Source: Acanthaster planci (Eukaryota). From it: a stretch of 64,000 nucleotides of DNA. Shown one piece after another: positions 61,301 through 64,000 of this stretch; the stretch's first letter is position 1, and each line of letters begins with the position of its first letter. The translations under genes and the position numbers were made by a program. The notes beneath the pieces are model-generated. The model was not told where the DNA came from and ran no database searches. It was given only the letters and a program-made list of their open reading frames with translations. The stretch spans positions 3,435,854 to 3,499,853 of the forward strand of contig NW_019091361.1 in NCBI RefSeq assembly GCF_001949145.1. Direction: 5' to 3'.

Positions 61301-64000
61301 CACCCTCAGATTTCTCCGGTTACTGGTCAAGCTGTGCATGGCATAGCAGCAGCGTGTAGACAAAAACGTGGTGTAGAAATTCAAGAATTTTAATTTGCTT
61401 TTTATAGTGCCGGGGAGATGTTTGTCCAATTAGGGTCCCGCTCAGCATCTTGTGAAGTTTTCCGATGAAGTGACCCTCTTTGTCCTTTTGGTTCAGTTAA
61501 AAGAATTTATACTTCAAGAATTCGGTTTGATAACTTTGCTGCTGTCTATCTCACCCACATTCTAAGATTGAAAAATTGATATTTTCCACTATGAAAGATT
61601 ACCCATCATAATGCCCATATTCATCTTTTTCCAATATTTTCCCTTTCAAGGGAAGATTTAGTGTGCCATGAAAATGAGGAATATATTCAACTAGAAGACC
61701 AATATTGTTCACGTAGCAGTCAGTTGGATAATTAAGCATACTGAAATAAATTTAATTTTCCAAATGAATAGGCTCAAGTGAAGTGAAATAGTTGGAAGAT
61801 GTCCAACTCCAAAAGTCTACACAGCCACCACTTCTGGAGGACTAAATTTTATTCTTTGTCCTTGTTTGTTCACATAACAAAATACTGAAGAATGAATTTT
61901 GTCCCAATTAAGTGTGGTATAAAGTTCCTGAGTGCATTCTAAAATTAGGTTTGAAGACTAAAAATTAGACCACAGATTTTCTGCATTGATGCCAGATTGT
62001 GTCGGGGATCATTCATAATGTTACTCTTGTAGATTGCTTTATCACTCTTCCTAATATTATTTCAGTTGCAACACTTTGGCAACATTTTTGGTGGTGTATT
62101 CATTTCATAATGGAATAAGTGAAAAGCACCAATTGTGCCTACTGCTCTATACAGATGTTCTGTCTTCAAAGTGGTCGAGGAAACCACAGGAAATCCATCA
62201 CGTTCCATGCATGAATATGACCATATTGCGGAAAATTGGATTACAAGAAATGGCGACGAGCACACTCTCTGTTATTAAGTTTGACAGTGGTAACCTGAGA
62301 GATTTCCGACCAAACTCAGCCAAAACACAGCCCAGACACCTAGTCATGTCTCGTTTCACAAATGGAACTTTTATTGGGGAATAAATGTCCGGCGTCTCTC
62401 CAAGAGACCGCTCAGTAGCCTCTTTATGGCAAGAGCAGAAATAAGATAATTGATGTCATTTGATATCAGATGACAACCAATAACACACCGGGGTTCTGTT
62501 TGTTCTGTGTGGGCAGGGATCTCAAGAGACTTCAACACCAAGTACTTTATTTTAGGAACTTGATGTTACAGATCATTTGCCAAGTTAGGCTTTGTATATT
62601 TTATTTCCAGGAATGTCACAATAAGTGGGTCAAGGTAAAATAAAAGCGCAACTTAATGATAACATTTTCTTTAGCCTAGTATGTGGGAATAAATGCTACA
62701 CCCATAGGCCAGCCAGGCCTTTGTGTTGAAGCCGAAAAAGTTTAAGTAAGAAAAATTCATTCAGTGGACTGCAATGGGGCTCAGATTAACGCACATTGTA
62801 ATTTAAGTCTACATCTTTAAAAATGGCTGTCATCTGTGGTGTCATTCTTTCAATTAATTGGATGATGGCAACCTCCCTTGATCTTTAAGATGATTTAATA
62901 ACTTATATACAGGCACTCCCAGCAATGGTCCCTACTCTTACAAAAATGTGTTCCATAGTGCCTGCTGTGTAGCAATTGTAAAACAACGTATCATTCAAAG
63001 ATTCTACTTAGTTGTCATTTCTAGGGTATTTTTAGTAAAGCTCTGAGAAAAAATCCTTCGATGCGCAAATAAATTCATCTCCTTGTCCAAATATGATCAG
63101 ACAAGCACATGTTCCCCTCCACCAATCTGAGGTTCCTGCACCAAAAAAAAAAATGTCTTCTGTCCCGGGTGGTTTATTTTTAAAGCGCGTATATGAGTCG
63201 GCAGTGTATCAACACATCCGGGGCTGGAGGAAAATGGGTAAGTGTTTGCGTTACGGTGGATGGTTGGATGAGGGGAAACAAATCCCAAGCCTTCCTTCCA
63301 ATGTCACCCTCAATGGCCCATGACTTGAACTTCCCCCCAAGGAGCACAAGGCATGTCCTCCTGGGGCAAACACTGTGGATGTGATGTTGAACCATGCCAG
63401 CGCCATTGTGGGTGGGGTTTTAATCCAGATTTGGCTATCAGTATAGAGTCAATTTATTTTGTAAAGTTTCAAGGTTAGTTTTTGTCAAGTGTCACTATAA
63501 TGGAGCACTGAAAACAATTAGATATTTTGTTTGTTAACTGTAAATTATCTCAATTGATTCTGTTGTTTTGAAATAATATTTTTGTCCCACCTCCAAAAAG
63601 GATTTCTTACCCACTCTATTATTTGAAGCAAGCAAAGTACTCTTTTGAGGAAGCAATTCATTATGTCAAGGCAAAAAAGATTATTTTGGAGAGTGAATAA
63701 TTTGAAATTTATAACATGAAATGTTGATGACATGTCCAATACTACATGTCAGTGATTAATCACCTGTTATTGATCATTCTAAAAACTAGCTGGATTAGAG
63801 ATATGTTCATTATCTGTTGGAGTGCCAGACAGTGTTAGACTTGGCTCGTCTGTATTTTAAGACCATCGTAAGAAGACATACAATCTGTCAGATTAGATTG
63901 ATCTTAAAGGGATTAGATGTTTCAACACCATAGCTCAAAGGCAGCAGTTGTTGGATCAGGTGCAGAAGATGAGCTTGCAACTTCACCACCTCTATATTTG

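Noticed and set aside
53000..64000. Remaining short ORFs of 60-100 aa in the track (also most of 26-42 kb)
   Set aside because: No recognisable domains or consistent splice chains, and their lengths are compatible with chance.

Overview
Eukaryotic, AT-rich, intron-containing animal DNA. The repeat content suggests a marine invertebrate such as an echinoderm, but that is inference. Two complete spliced genes were reconstructed by hand and sit head-to-head, with 695 nt between their start codons: pyroglutamyl-peptidase I (PGPEP1, minus strand, 5 exons, 204 aa) and CDK7 (plus strand, 10 exons, 348 aa). A third, 5'-incomplete minus-strand gene of 5 phase-consistent exons (42755-52480) encodes a very cysteine-rich protein I do not recognise. 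The introns carry a decayed LINE RT fragment, an RTE 3' end and many palindromic MITEs; SINE relics and tandem repeats lie mostly between genes. The most striking item is a 236-bp insertion in CDK7 intron 8, flanked by a 12-bp target-site duplication. It is an 80-bp inverted repeat whose spacer is exactly a minimal type I hammerhead ribozyme core on the antisense strand. Most listed ORFs are chance or repeat artefacts, and I could not assign coding function to most of 20-42 kb or 53-64 kb.
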